A DNA stretch of 64,000 nt from a virus. The stretch spans positions 1-64,000 of the IMG/VR virus record IMGVR_UViG_3300042987_004038; one strand, written 5' to 3'. The notes beneath the pieces are model-generated. The model was given only the letters and a program-made list of their open reading frames with translations. It did not search any database and had not been told where the DNA came from. Both the position numbers and the translations under genes were made by a program. Below are positions 8,093 through 16,336 of this stretch, piece by piece (position 1 is the first letter of the stretch; every line of letters starts with the position of its first letter).

Positions 8093-8287
8093 ATGGACAA
8101 GCTCTTCTTCAATCCGCGCGCCGCCACCGCCAAGCGCCGTCAGCCGGCCCACAGCCCCTCCCGCATCATTCAGGCGAACATGATCGGGTCGGCGAAGGAC
8201 TGGGGCCGTGAGTGCAAGTGGTGTGGCACCTGGGAGGCGAACTGGCCTTCCAATCAGATGTACATCTGTGACAAGTGCAAGGACTGA
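8093..8287 (+). CDS. Small zinc-finger protein
   Basis: CKWC...CDKC; promoter at 8043. Confidence 0.7.
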   Translation: MDKLFFNPRAATAKRRQPAHSPSRIIQANMIGSAKDWGRECKWCGTWEANWPSNQMYICDKCKD

Positions 8288-8361
8288 TCGAGAGGCTCGT
8301 GCGGGCTGACAGCGACCTGGTACAATGAGAAGGTAAGGAACCACGGACCAAGGAGAACGAA

Positions 8362-8694
8362 ATGAGCACCGCCAACCTTCGCTGGAGCTTCTCGATCACG
8401 GACATCCGCCGCTCGGCCACAGGCCAGATCGCGGTGAGCGGGGTGGCCCGGTCCCCGGAAGGCACGGAGCACAAGTTCGTCGCGACGGATCGGATGGACC
8501 CCCGGTACCCCACCCGGTTCAAGGTCAACTGGAATGGCCTCCTGCCCCGGATGCCCAAGCCGGTCGGGCACGGGGTCAAGGACGAGGTCCTCGCCTGCAC
8601 CGCCGGGGTCGATGAGGACCTGTTCATGGGGCGTGGGGCCCGAGTGGCCATCGCCCGGATGTGCAAGGACCTGGTCTCCAACGGGGCCTTCTGA
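8362..8694 (+). CDS. ANLRW-family paralog 1
   Basis: FVATDRMDPRYPTRFKVNWNGLLPRMPKPVGHGV identical in 19974..20297. Confidence 0.8.
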   Translation: MSTANLRWSFSITDIRRSATGQIAVSGVARSPEGTEHKFVATDRMDPRYPTRFKVNWNGLLPRMPKPVGHGVKDEVLACTAGVDEDLFMGRGARVAIARMCKDLVSNGAF

Positions 8695-8915
8695 TGGGGC
8701 CGGGCGACCTCGTCCGCCTCAGCCCTGAGCTGTGGACCCACGAATACGCTGGGCGGCTCGCCATGGTCGTGGGCAATGCCGACTACGAGATGGACGAGCA
8801 TTATAGTGACAGGCTCATCATCGTGGCGGACCCAACCTGCCCAGGCGCCCTCATCTCCTGCTGGCCAGAGGAGCTTCTGCCCTGGGATGCTGACCTGGAG
8901 CAGCGGGCCATATAA
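8694..8915 (+). CDS. Small 'GDLV' family protein
   Basis: MGPGDLVRLSPE...LAMVVG; TGATG coupling. Confidence 0.65.
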   Translation: MGPGDLVRLSPELWTHEYAGRLAMVVGNADYEMDEHYSDRLIIVADPTCPGALISCWPEELLPWDADLEQRAI

Positions 8916-9012
8916 CCACCCATCTTCGATCAAAACGACGCGCGAGGTTTGAACGCTGCGACCCGTGCGACCCAATGCAGCAGTGGTAGAATAGAGGAGC
9001 AAGGAGGCAGTG

Positions 9013-9168
9013 ATGGACAGCGACGATGACTACTGGGACCGTGACTTCGATGAGGACTCCGACGATGAGTACGATGCGATCCGCGACTGGGCCCTGATGA
9101 CGGGCCAGACCTACGACGAGGTGAATGAGCAGCGAAAGGATGGGATCCTGGGTCGGCCCAGGGGCTGA
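9013..9168 (+). CDS. 51-aa highly acidic peptide (not in ORF track)
   Basis: MDSDDDYWDRDFDEDSDDEYDAIRDW...; promoter at 8964, RBS AAGGAGG. Confidence 0.65.
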   Translation: MDSDDDYWDRDFDEDSDDEYDAIRDWALMTGQTYDEVNEQRKDGILGRPRG

Positions 9169-9232
9169 TGGTTCGTGCGGGATCCTCCCGCGATGATACA
9201 ATGATCAAGTGGACAACGATTCTGGAGGCAAG

Positions 9233-9460
9233 ATGAGCAACAGCAACATCGAGTTCGTGACCCGCCCCTCGCAGCCCAGCTGCGACTCCTGCGGCCGACC
9301 CACCCGGGTGGGCTTCGAGGCCCTGGTCAACGGGACTCCGGTCCTCTTCGACTGCGACCCCTGTGCCCGCCGCACCTACGGCAACGGCGCGGTCGAGGCA
9401 GCGATCGAAGTGGACCGCCAGCGGGCCTTCACGAAGGCAGCTGTGGGTGGCCTGTGGTAG
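9233..9460 (+). CDS. Small zinc-ribbon protein
   Basis: CDSC...CDPC; promoter at 9174. Confidence 0.65.
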   Translation: MSNSNIEFVTRPSQPSCDSCGRPTRVGFEALVNGTPVLFDCDPCARRTYGNGAVEAAIEVDRQRAFTKAAVGGLW

Positions 9461-9729
9461 GCGGCCTGAAGGTGGGCGACACCGTGCGGTTCGATGCGAC
9501 CGCGGGTGGCATGACCCTGGGTGACTGGGAGATGGAGCCCGACGACGGCTTCGGCCGCTTCATCAAGCACTGCAACGGCCTCCTGGGCGAGGTGATGGAG
9601 ATCGACCCCGATGACCCCGACTACGTCTCAGTCCACTTCCAGGACGGTGAGCTCCTCGACGATGTGCACATCGATCACCTGATCCCGGTCACCGGCGTCA
9701 GGATCCTGTCGCCCAGGCTCGCCGCATGA
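9454..9729 (+). CDS. SH3-like protein
   Basis: LKVGDTVRF...LLGEVMEI...VHFQDG. Confidence 0.65.
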   Translation: MVGGLKVGDTVRFDATAGGMTLGDWEMEPDDGFGRFIKHCNGLLGEVMEIDPDDPDYVSVHFQDGELLDDVHIDHLIPVTGVRILSPRLAA

Positions 9730-9950
9730 CGGTGCACCTCGGGCAGCTCAGGAAGTGGCATCACCCGGTCGAGGGGCAGTCTGACTTCTTTGTCGTGGTC
9801 AGGCGGATCGGGAAGTTCGTTCCGAACGGATCACGGGCAGGTGCCTCGAGGATCGATCACTGGGAGCTCCTCCACGACGGGCAGATCAGCACCGGCTGGC
9901 CCGAGGATCTGATCATGGAGGAGAGCGTCCCGTGCAGCGAGATCCAGTGA
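9726..9950 (+). CDS. Hypothetical protein
   Basis: ATGA coupling; typical codon usage. Confidence 0.55.
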   Translation: MTVHLGQLRKWHHPVEGQSDFFVVVRRIGKFVPNGSRAGASRIDHWELLHDGQISTGWPEDLIMEESVPCSEIQ

Positions 9951-9990
9951 ACAACCCGCCCAGGGGCGGTATGATCTTCAAGGAGACTAG

Positions 9991-10263
9991 ATGAGCGAAC
10001 GAACTGGATTCACCTACCCGCATCCCGATGACATGCCCCGGGCAGTCGCCGAGGCCTGCTGGGATGTCTACTGGGGCCGAGAACCTGAACGGGCGGGCCG
10101 TCTGCTGCGGGACAAGTACGGGACGATCGAGTGGGTCTACCGGATGGCGGAGGAGGTCCACTCCGTCAACGGGATCCCGTTCAACGCGGAGGCGAAGCGG
10201 AAGCTTCGCTCAGCCTTCACCGGTGTGCCCATCGAAGAGCTGCGCAAGAGGAAGCCCAAGTGA
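9991..10263 (+). CDS. Hypothetical protein
   Basis: RBS AAGGAG; TATGAT -10 at 9970. Confidence 0.65.
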   Translation: MSERTGFTYPHPDDMPRAVAEACWDVYWGREPERAGRLLRDKYGTIEWVYRMAEEVHSVNGIPFNAEAKRKLRSAFTGVPIEELRKRKPK

Positions 10264-10445
10264 CCCGCAGCTCGATGCCCTGGAACCAATTGAACGAGAC
10301 GATCGAGTGTCTCCGGCGCGAGGCTGCTGCGATGGAGAGGTCGCCGTCGGCTGCCGTCAAGGAGGCAGCGAAGGACATGAGACGGCACATCGAGATGCTC
10401 GAGGCAGAGCGCCGGCTCTACGACCCGAGGCCCCACATCCTGTGA
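10260..10445 (+). CDS. Small coiled-coil protein
   Basis: GTGA coupling; helical heptad-like sequence. Confidence 0.55.
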   Translation: MTRSSMPWNQLNETIECLRREAAAMERSPSAAVKEAAKDMRRHIEMLEAERRLYDPRPHIL

Positions 10446-10450
10446 GACAC

Positions 10451-10558
10451 ATGGATCACATTGCCCTTCGTCACCCCGTGCCGATCTTCGTCGCCGCAGG
10501 ACTTGTCTCTCCCTTCATCACCTTCAGCCTCATCAGGCTGATCGAGCGGCTCATGTAG
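10451..10558 (+). CDS. 35-aa membrane peptide
   Basis: MDHIALRHPVPIFVAAGLVSPFITFSLIRLIERLM; stop abuts the next promoter. Confidence 0.5.
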   Translation: MDHIALRHPVPIFVAAGLVSPFITFSLIRLIERLM

Positions 10559-10607
10559 CTCTCGTGCGTTGCAATGATACATTGATACAATGATCACAGG
10601 AGGCAAT

Positions 10608-10700
10608 ATGGTCATCGACATTCTGGCTCTTCTGACCCTCGCTCTCGTCTCTGGCTGGATGCTCGGCAGCCTGCAGCTCTGGCTCGGGGATCACCAGTGA
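10608..10700 (+). CDS. 30-aa membrane peptide (not in ORF track)
   Basis: MVIDILALLTLALVSGWMLGSLQLWLGDHQ; promoter at 10563, RBS AGGAGG. Confidence 0.6.
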   Translation: MVIDILALLTLALVSGWMLGSLQLWLGDHQ

Positions 10701-11260
10701 GCGGTGACCAGATCTGGCGGTTCGAGGACTGGGGTGGGCTCCCGCTCGGTCGCATCCAGGGCGCAGCGCTCCACCGCAGCGGGACAGCCCCGGTGCTTGG
10801 GGATCTCTCCGTCCGAGACCTGATGGTGCAGGCGCTGGCGGGTGAGCCCCATCCTGTGGGCATCTACATCCTGTTCGAGGGCGAGCAGATCATGTACGCG
10901 GGCAAGACCCATGGGCGCTCGCTGGCTGAGAGACTGATCACCCATCTCGACAGCCGGACCCCGACGGGCGGTGGCTGGTCGATGTCCTGTGCGGCTGCAG
11001 CCATGGTGCACCAGGGCCTGTCCCCGAACCGGGTGGAGGCAGTGGACCGGCTGATGGGGATGCGGGTGCTCTGGGCCCATGTCCCGCCACCCACGAACGG
11101 CAGGGACCACCAGCACCAGATCGCGGTGATCGAGAACCGGCTCAAGTGGGCAGGAGCGTTGGATCCAACTCTCGTCTCTCTCAAGGACCGGCAGCGTTCC
11201 TACTTCACGGTGGGCGGATACCGAGAGATCCGCCAGGTGACCACGATCGCCGGCAGCTGA
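10697..11260 (+). CDS. GIY-YIG nuclease superfamily protein
   Basis: GIYILF...MYAGKT...LAERLITH...IENRL. Confidence 0.75.
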   Translation: MSGDQIWRFEDWGGLPLGRIQGAALHRSGTAPVLGDLSVRDLMVQALAGEPHPVGIYILFEGEQIMYAGKTHGRSLAERLITHLDSRTPTGGGWSMSCAAAAMVHQGLSPNRVEAVDRLMGMRVLWAHVPPPTNGRDHQHQIAVIENRLKWAGALDPTLVSLKDRQRSYFTVGGYREIRQVTTIAGS

Positions 11261-11311
11261 CCCGTGCACTGGCAGGCGCTGATGGTATGATTGAGGAGCA
11301 AGGAGGACGGA

Positions 11312-11515
11312 ATGCACATCAGCAGCTTCCACTCAGTCTCGATCCACGAGACGCTCAATGACGACGGCATCAACTGGACCCAGTTCTACGTCGTCTACCA
11401 GGGCTTGTCCGGTGCCCGTCGAGTCGGGGTCCACCCCATCGGAACCCCTCACGAGATTCTCAGGCGTCTCTACCCTGGGATCGGTCACATCCCACAACCT
11501 CCCGTGCAGCGCTGA
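11312..11515 (+). CDS. Hypothetical protein
   Basis: Promoter at 11263, RBS AAGGAGG. Confidence 0.65.
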   Translation: MHISSFHSVSIHETLNDDGINWTQFYVVYQGLSGARRVGVHPIGTPHEILRRLYPGIGHIPQPPVQR

Positions 11516-11552
11516 GCTGGGGTGGTATGATCTACACACAATGGAGGACAAC

Positions 11553-11777
11553 ATGGACGCGCTCCAGATCGCCACCCTCATCAATCTCACCGCCGACGCA
11601 GCCCACGCTGGGAATCTCCCACTGAAGACCGCATCTGGCATCATCCGTGAGCTCTGGCGCCTCGCCGCCGCGGCGGGTCACAGTGCCGCTGTTGATGCTC
11701 AGCTTCAGGAGTGGTCCGAGGCTGAGATGGAGGTCGCGACCGCTGCCCTCCCCCGGGACGGCTCCGCCGCGATCTGA
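11553..11777 (+). CDS. Hypothetical protein
   Basis: Promoter at 11503, RBS GGAGG. Confidence 0.65.
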   Translation: MDALQIATLINLTADAAHAGNLPLKTASGIIRELWRLAAAAGHSAAVDAQLQEWSEAEMEVATAALPRDGSAAI

Positions 11778-11829
11778 CCCGTGCGAATCCGCCGCGACCT
11801 GATACAATAAAGCGGCAACCGAGGACAAC

Positions 11830-11940
11830 ATGAACAACACCATCCGCACCACCATCAGCCGCACCCTTGACTTCATCGCCGACACCTGGCTGCCCCTCGG
11901 CGTCGTGCTCATGTGCTTCGCGGCGTATCTCATCGGCTGA
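11830..11940 (+). CDS. 36-aa membrane peptide (not in ORF track)
   Basis: MNNTIRTTISRTLDFIADTWLPLGVVLMCFAAYLIG; promoter at 11780. Confidence 0.6.
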   Translation: MNNTIRTTISRTLDFIADTWLPLGVVLMCFAAYLIG

Positions 11941-12003
11941 GGTCCCGTGCGACCGACCCGATTGATGGTATAATATCAAGGTCCGGAACCAAGGAGGACA
12001 TCA

Positions 12004-12291
12004 ATGAACGGTCTCAACTTCATCGTCGAAACGAAGGTCGCCCCCGCTGGTGTCATCGCGAACCTCTACGTCCAGGGTCTGACCGAGGACGTCTGGAAGA
12101 CCTACATCAGCGCGATCCCCATGGGTCACTACGTCGTCACCGGTGACTGGGGAACCTCCGAGGATGACGCGGTCATCCTTCTGAAGCGGGTCATCGAGAA
12201 GGAGGTCAAGAAGTTGTCCAATCACCGTGATCCCCGTCCTTCCCAGGTCCGACGGGTCGAACTCCTGAAGATGGGTCTCGCGTCGATCTGA
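12004..12291 (+). CDS. Hypothetical protein
   Basis: Promoter at 11946 with perfect TATAAT, RBS AAGGAGG. Confidence 0.7.
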   Translation: MNGLNFIVETKVAPAGVIANLYVQGLTEDVWKTYISAIPMGHYVVTGDWGTSEDDAVILLKRVIEKEVKKLSNHRDPRPSQVRRVELLKMGLASI

Positions 12292-12347
12292 CCCGTGCGG
12301 GTGACGACGGAAGTGATACAATGAACACACCAACCAAGGAGATCAAC

Positions 12348-12635
12348 ATGAACGGTTTCGTCGTCACCCTCCCCTCGTCGGCCGGCACCCCCTGCTTCCT
12401 GGTCACCCCCGGTCGGGTGGGTCAGCCCGTCCACACCTGGTATCCCTGGGCCCGGGCGACCTTCGTCGCCGCCGTCTTCCCCACCCAGCACGAGGCCCAG
12501 GCGGCCCTCAAGTGGATGAAGGAAATCCACAGCTACATCGCCCCTGAGCTCAACGGCGGCCTCACCGCGCGCCTCTGGCAGGCCCAGGTGGTCCCCGTCG
12601 CCGAGGTGGCCGGGATCGAGTTCGAGGCTCCCTGA
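12348..12635 (+). CDS. Hypothetical protein
   Basis: Promoter at 12294, RBS AAGGAG. Confidence 0.7.
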   Translation: MNGFVVTLPSSAGTPCFLVTPGRVGQPVHTWYPWARATFVAAVFPTQHEAQAALKWMKEIHSYIAPELNGGLTARLWQAQVVPVAEVAGIEFEAP

Positions 12636-12686
12636 GCCCGTGCGGGTCGGAATGCTGGTGGTAGAATATCTTCACAAGGAGGCAAC

Positions 12687-12878
12687 ATGGTCAAGTTCAA
12701 GTACAAGGTCGGCAGCACCATCAAGTACCGCGCCTTCGACGGCGAGGTCCGGACCGTGGTGGTCGAGGAGAAGTCCTCCGACATCAAGAACGGCCGGCCC
12801 GGCTTCGACGGCACCACCACGTCCGGCATGGACTGCTGGGGCTACGACGACCAAATCATCTCGGTGGTCAAGTTCTAG
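12687..12878 (+). CDS. Small beta-barrel (SH3-like) protein
   Basis: YKVGSTIKYR...WGYDDQI; promoter at 12639. Confidence 0.7.
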   Translation: MVKFKYKVGSTIKYRAFDGEVRTVVVEEKSSDIKNGRPGFDGTTTSGMDCWGYDDQIISVVKF

Positions 12879-12946
12879 TCCCGTGCGGGCTGCAAGGAAC
12901 CTGGTAGAATAATCTGGCCAACAACAACAAACAAAGGAAGGACAAC

Positions 12947-13333
12947 ATGGCGAAGGACATCAAGGTTTCGGAAGTGGTCGCGGTCGAGGACGGCAACATC
13001 GTGGTCCGTGGCACGGTGGGCGAGACGGCCTTCGAGGCGAAGACCCTCCGCTGGGGCTCCAAGATGCTGATGCACGTGACCGGCGGTGACTTCGACCGCG
13101 GGACCCGGGTCTCGATCGGTCATCGTGCGAAGGCCGCGGTGAAGGCAGCGGGGATGACCCTGCCCGAGGCGGTCCTCAAGCGGCCCCGGAAGGCGAAGGA
13201 GGCCGAGATGGCCGCGGTGGTCCCGGTCCTGACGGCCGATGAGGTGGTCAGCAGCGAGGCCGCGGCGATGATGGCGAAGCTGGACCTCGTCCTCGGTGAC
13301 GACGGCTTCTTCGGGCTCGAGGCGGCGGTCTAA
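12947..13333 (+). CDS. MAKDI-family paralog 3
   Basis: WGSKMLMHVTGGDFDRGTRVSIGHRAK...LKRPRKAKEAE. Confidence 0.8.
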   Translation: MAKDIKVSEVVAVEDGNIVVRGTVGETAFEAKTLRWGSKMLMHVTGGDFDRGTRVSIGHRAKAAVKAAGMTLPEAVLKRPRKAKEAEMAAVVPVLTADEVVSSEAAAMMAKLDLVLGDDGFFGLEAAV

Positions 13334-13406
13334 GCCGCCGGCCCTCCGGGTCATTCGTGCGAATCCGAAATTGATTGGTATAATAAGGGGGCCAAGGAGG
13401 AAATCA

Positions 13407-13721
13407 ATGGCTCTCACTCTCACCGAAATTCGAAAGCTCAAGCCCAGCACCCTCACCATTATTAAGAAGTGCCAACTTCTTGGGACTCCTGTCCATTACT
13501 GGCTCACCAATCGCACCAACTCTGCTTGGGCCACCTACCCTGTTCAACCTGATCCCAGCCTCCACCTGAACCCCAGTGATCAAATCGAAATCCTCGATAT
13601 TCTCGAGGCCTCCAAAGATCGAAACTTCGGATACCAATATACTCGGCTCCTTGCCCGCAACTCCAATGGCATCGAGTTCACCATCCATGCCAAGGAAATC
13701 TCTCGATTCCTCAGCCTCTAA
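13407..13721 (+). CDS. G-poor MALxLT-family paralog 1
   Basis: PSTLTI...YPVQPDPSLHLNPSDQ...GIEF...ISRFLSL shared with 14070..14375. Confidence 0.75.
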   Translation: MALTLTEIRKLKPSTLTIIKKCQLLGTPVHYWLTNRTNSAWATYPVQPDPSLHLNPSDQIEILDILEASKDRNFGYQYTRLLARNSNGIEFTIHAKEISRFLSL

Positions 13722-13727
13722 ATCCTT

Positions 13728-13755
13728 GGCCCCGGCCTCAATGGCCGGGGCCCTT
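13728..13755 (+). terminator. GC hairpin after MALxLT paralog 1
   Basis: GGCCCCGGCC-TCAAT-GGCCGGGGCC; same stem at 14383-14407. Confidence 0.55.
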
Positions 13756-13804
13756 CGTGCGGGCGGCGGAAATGATGGTATGATGCCGAAGCAAGGAGGA
13801 CAGA

Positions 13805-14014
13805 ATGAAGATCTCTGAACTGATCGCGATTCTCACGACCACCCTCGAGACCGACGGCGACCTCCCGGTGATGATCCCCACCCTCTACAACTCCTCGGTC
13901 CTGGACGAACCCCAGGATGTGGCGGTCCTCTTCGGGGACAGCACTGATCCGGACTACTCTCAGCCCGAAGATCACCCCTCCGGCCGGTACCTCTTCATTG
14001 GGGGACAGGCCTGA
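13805..14014 (+). CDS. Small 'MKISELI' type phage protein
   Basis: MKISELIAILTTTLETDGDLPV; promoter at 13756. Confidence 0.7.
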   Translation: MKISELIAILTTTLETDGDLPVMIPTLYNSSVLDEPQDVAVLFGDSTDPDYSQPEDHPSGRYLFIGGQA

Positions 14015-14069
14015 GGGTCCCGTGCGAATCCGAAATCAATTGGTATAATGAATAGGCCAAGGAGGACAA

Positions 14070-14375
14070 ATGGCTCTCAACCTCACCATCATCCGGAACA
14101 CCAACCCCTCCACCCTCACCATCACCAAGAAAACCTGCATCAACTTCAACCCCCGCATTCCCAACCTTGTTTCCCGGCATCCCGGCCCCTACAATTCCTA
14201 CCCCATCAATCCTGATCCCTCCTCCCACCTGAACCCCGGTGATCAAGTCCAGCTCCTGGCCATCCTCACTGCCAAGCAAGCCGGCTATGCCCACCCCCAG
14301 CTCCACCTCAAAACCCAATCCGGCATTGAGTTCTACTGTGATTCCTCTGATATCTCTCGATTCCTTTCCCTCTAA
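14070..14375 (+). CDS. G-poor MALxLT-family paralog 2
   Basis: Paralog of 13407..13721; promoter at 14021 nearly identical to that at 13356. Confidence 0.75.
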   Translation: MALNLTIIRNTNPSTLTITKKTCINFNPRIPNLVSRHPGPYNSYPINPDPSSHLNPGDQVQLLAILTAKQAGYAHPQLHLKTQSGIEFYCDSSDISRFLSL

Positions 14376-14382
14376 CCACTCC

Positions 14383-14408
14383 GGCCCCGGCCTCACCGGC
14401 CGGGGCCT
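14383..14408 (+). terminator. GC hairpin after MALxLT paralog 2
   Basis: GGCCCCGGCC-TCACC-GGCCGGGGCC. Confidence 0.55.
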
Positions 14409-14457
14409 CGTGCGATCCTGACAGCTGATGGTAGAATAATCTGGCAAGGAGGCAAAC

Positions 14458-14604
14458 ATGGCGGCTCACCACTTCATCGATCAGATCCTCGCGACCAAGG
14501 CCCAGGGGCTCGACACCGGGGTGGTCATCTCTCGTGCCCTCTGGTCCGGTCTCGACCTCGACACGATCGAGGGGCTCCTCCAGATGATCGAGGTCGAGGG
14601 CTAG
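14458..14604 (+). CDS. 48-aa hypothetical protein (not in ORF track)
   Basis: MAAHHFIDQILATKAQGLDTG...; promoter at 14409, RBS AAGGAGG. Confidence 0.65.
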   Translation: MAAHHFIDQILATKAQGLDTGVVISRALWSGLDLDTIEGLLQMIEVEG

Positions 14605-14711
14605 GCCCGTGCGACCCCACGGTCGGGTGGTAGAATAGGAGCACAAGGAGACAAAATTCTGGTCATCATCAAGATCGTAGCCGCAAACCTCTTCTTCGTG
14701 GGAAAGTAATC

Positions 14712-14792
14712 ATGGCTGGCATCGGTATCTTGGCCGGACTTCTGTTTATGCACTTCTTCTGCAAGGACAAGGAGACTCATGGAGACAAGTAA
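14712..14792 (+). CDS. 26-aa membrane peptide
   Basis: MAGIGILAGLLFMHFFCKDKETHGDK. Confidence 0.4.
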   Translation: MAGIGILAGLLFMHFFCKDKETHGDK

Positions 14793-14955
14793 CGCCCCCA
14801 CCCCTCGCCAGATCGCAGAGAACCTCTGGCTCCTGAACGAGATGGAGCCGGACGACCTCTTCTCGCTGCAGGCCGCCCTACAGGATGATCCTGATCCGGC
14901 TTTGGACGACCTCTGGACCCTGGTCCAAGTGCGGACCGGATCACTCGAACATTAA
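14779..14955 (+). CDS. 58-aa acidic protein (not in ORF track)
   Basis: METSNAPTPRQIAENLWLLNEMEPDDL...; RBS AAGGAG. Confidence 0.6.
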   Translation: METSNAPTPRQIAENLWLLNEMEPDDLFSLQAALQDDPDPALDDLWTLVQVRTGSLEH

Positions 14956-14986
14956 CAATCTCAGCGCTGGAATGTAAAGTGAAGCC

Positions 14987-15262
14987 ATGATCACAGCAGA
15001 TCTCGCAATCGCAGCAGCCGTGGCACTTGTCTCGGCCTCCATCGTTCTCACTGTCTCAGCCCTGATGTCGCTGAGGCGGTTTGAGAAGCTCTATGTGATG
15101 CAGATGCAGACGATGACAGAGATCATCTACGCGATTGCGGCGTCCCGCGATGATTATGATGACGATGACCCAACGGACGAGGAGGAGCACCCACGCCCCG
15201 AGCTCGCCCCGGTGATCCCGTTCAGGGGTGGTCCCGACGGGAAGCCAGATGACCCAGCATAG
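14987..15262 (+). CDS. Membrane-anchored protein with acidic tail
   Basis: N-terminal hydrophobic helix; DDYDDDDPTDEEE; ends near VIPFR. Confidence 0.6.
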   Translation: MITADLAIAAAVALVSASIVLTVSALMSLRRFEKLYVMQMQTMTEIIYAIAASRDDYDDDDPTDEEEHPRPELAPVIPFRGGPDGKPDDPA

Positions 15263-15273
15263 AGAGGAATAGC

Positions 15274-15504
15274 ATGAACCAATTTGAGATCCGTTTGACC
15301 CCGCGCACCGATAAGAACGGGGATGAGTACCTGATCGGAGGAGCCGATCTGCCCGCCCTGGTCGATCTCCGCGATGCCACCTTCGTCGTCTTCTACCCGA
15401 AGGACGAAGAGGCTCTAAAGCCAGGCGAGCGCCCCCGGGCCACCCTGGTGATCCGCAAGCGGCAGCCGCAGACGGGCAACACCAAGCGTGGCGAGGATGA
15501 GTGA
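15274..15504 (+). CDS. Hypothetical protein
   Basis: RBS GAGG; beta-rich pattern. Confidence 0.6.
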   Translation: MNQFEIRLTPRTDKNGDEYLIGGADLPALVDLRDATFVVFYPKDEEALKPGERPRATLVIRKRQPQTGNTKRGEDE

Positions 15505-15671
15505 TGGACCGCGCAGGGAAGCGCCAGATTGTGATCGAGCGGCGGCCTGACCAGCCACCAAGCGATGAGACCCCGATCACCCCGGATGATCCCCGCGCTG
15601 AGCCTGACCTCTTTGAGGCGATGCTCACTGATGCTGAGGAATTTGATTGGGAACAGGTGATCACCTTCTAG
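15504..15671 (+). CDS. 55-aa acidic protein (not in ORF track)
   Basis: TGATG coupling; MDRAGKRQIVIERR...EEFDWEQVITF. Confidence 0.5.
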   Translation: MDRAGKRQIVIERRPDQPPSDETPITPDDPRAEPDLFEAMLTDAEEFDWEQVITF

Positions 15672-15680
15672 GGAGGCGCG

Positions 15681-15893
15681 ATGGAGCCGGAGACCGAGAT
15701 ACCAGGGCTGATTGCGATCAGCGAGACACACAACCCGGGCGGCGGGTCGACGTTCACCTTCGAGATCGAGGATGACAAGGTGGACCAGTTCTTTCAGGCC
15801 TTCGGTCTCCAGCCCGGCGATCAGGAGGGATTCCAGCGGGTGGTGATCGAAGCGATTGAAGCGATGATCGCCCGCGGAGCGAGGAACCAATGA
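15681..15893 (+). CDS. Hypothetical protein
   Basis: RBS GGGAGG. Confidence 0.6.
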   Translation: MEPETEIPGLIAISETHNPGGGSTFTFEIEDDKVDQFFQAFGLQPGDQEGFQRVVIEAIEAMIARGARNQ

Positions 15894-16309
15894 CTGAAGA
15901 GAAGGACAAGGCGCTGTGTGCCAAATACCCAAAGATCTTCCGTAACAGGCGGGGTGATCCGAAGCAGACGCTCATGTGCTTCGGCTTCGAGCATGACGAC
16001 GGCTGGTATGACATCATCGACACCCTGTGCCACACAATCCAGCATCACCTTGACTGGAAGCGCGGGATGGACGAGTTCAAGTCTCTGCCCGACGAGGCGT
16101 GGGATGAGAGTCACCAGACGGTCGCTGTGCAGGTGAAGGAGAAGTGGGGCGGGCTCCGCTTCTATGTGAATAGCAGCGACCACTACATCGACGGCGCAAT
16201 CGCTCTCGCTGAATCGCTCAGCCTCAGAACCTGTGAGATCTGTGGTTCACCTGGGAAGCCCCGCGGCGGGGGCTGGGTTCGCACTCTGTGCGACGGTCAC
16301 TTCAAGTGA
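15890..16309 (+). CDS. Conserved phage protein with C-terminal zinc finger
   Basis: GWYDII...QVKEKWGGLRFY...CEICGSPG...TLCDGH. Confidence 0.7.
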   Translation: MTEEKDKALCAKYPKIFRNRRGDPKQTLMCFGFEHDDGWYDIIDTLCHTIQHHLDWKRGMDEFKSLPDEAWDESHQTVAVQVKEKWGGLRFYVNSSDHYIDGAIALAESLSLRTCEICGSPGKPRGGGWVRTLCDGHFK

Positions 16310-16336
16310 TAGGATAGATGTAGGAAGGGAGGTTCC

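Noticed and set aside
9931-9975. Additional cassette promoter before 9991
   Set aside because: TATGAT is present but the upstream box is GTGAAC/AGTGAA and the nearby CGTGCA is at the wrong spacing; not counted among the 38.
13407-14375. Diversity-generating retroelement template/variable repeat pair
   Set aside because: Paralogs differ throughout rather than only at adenines, and no reverse transcriptase is present in the window.
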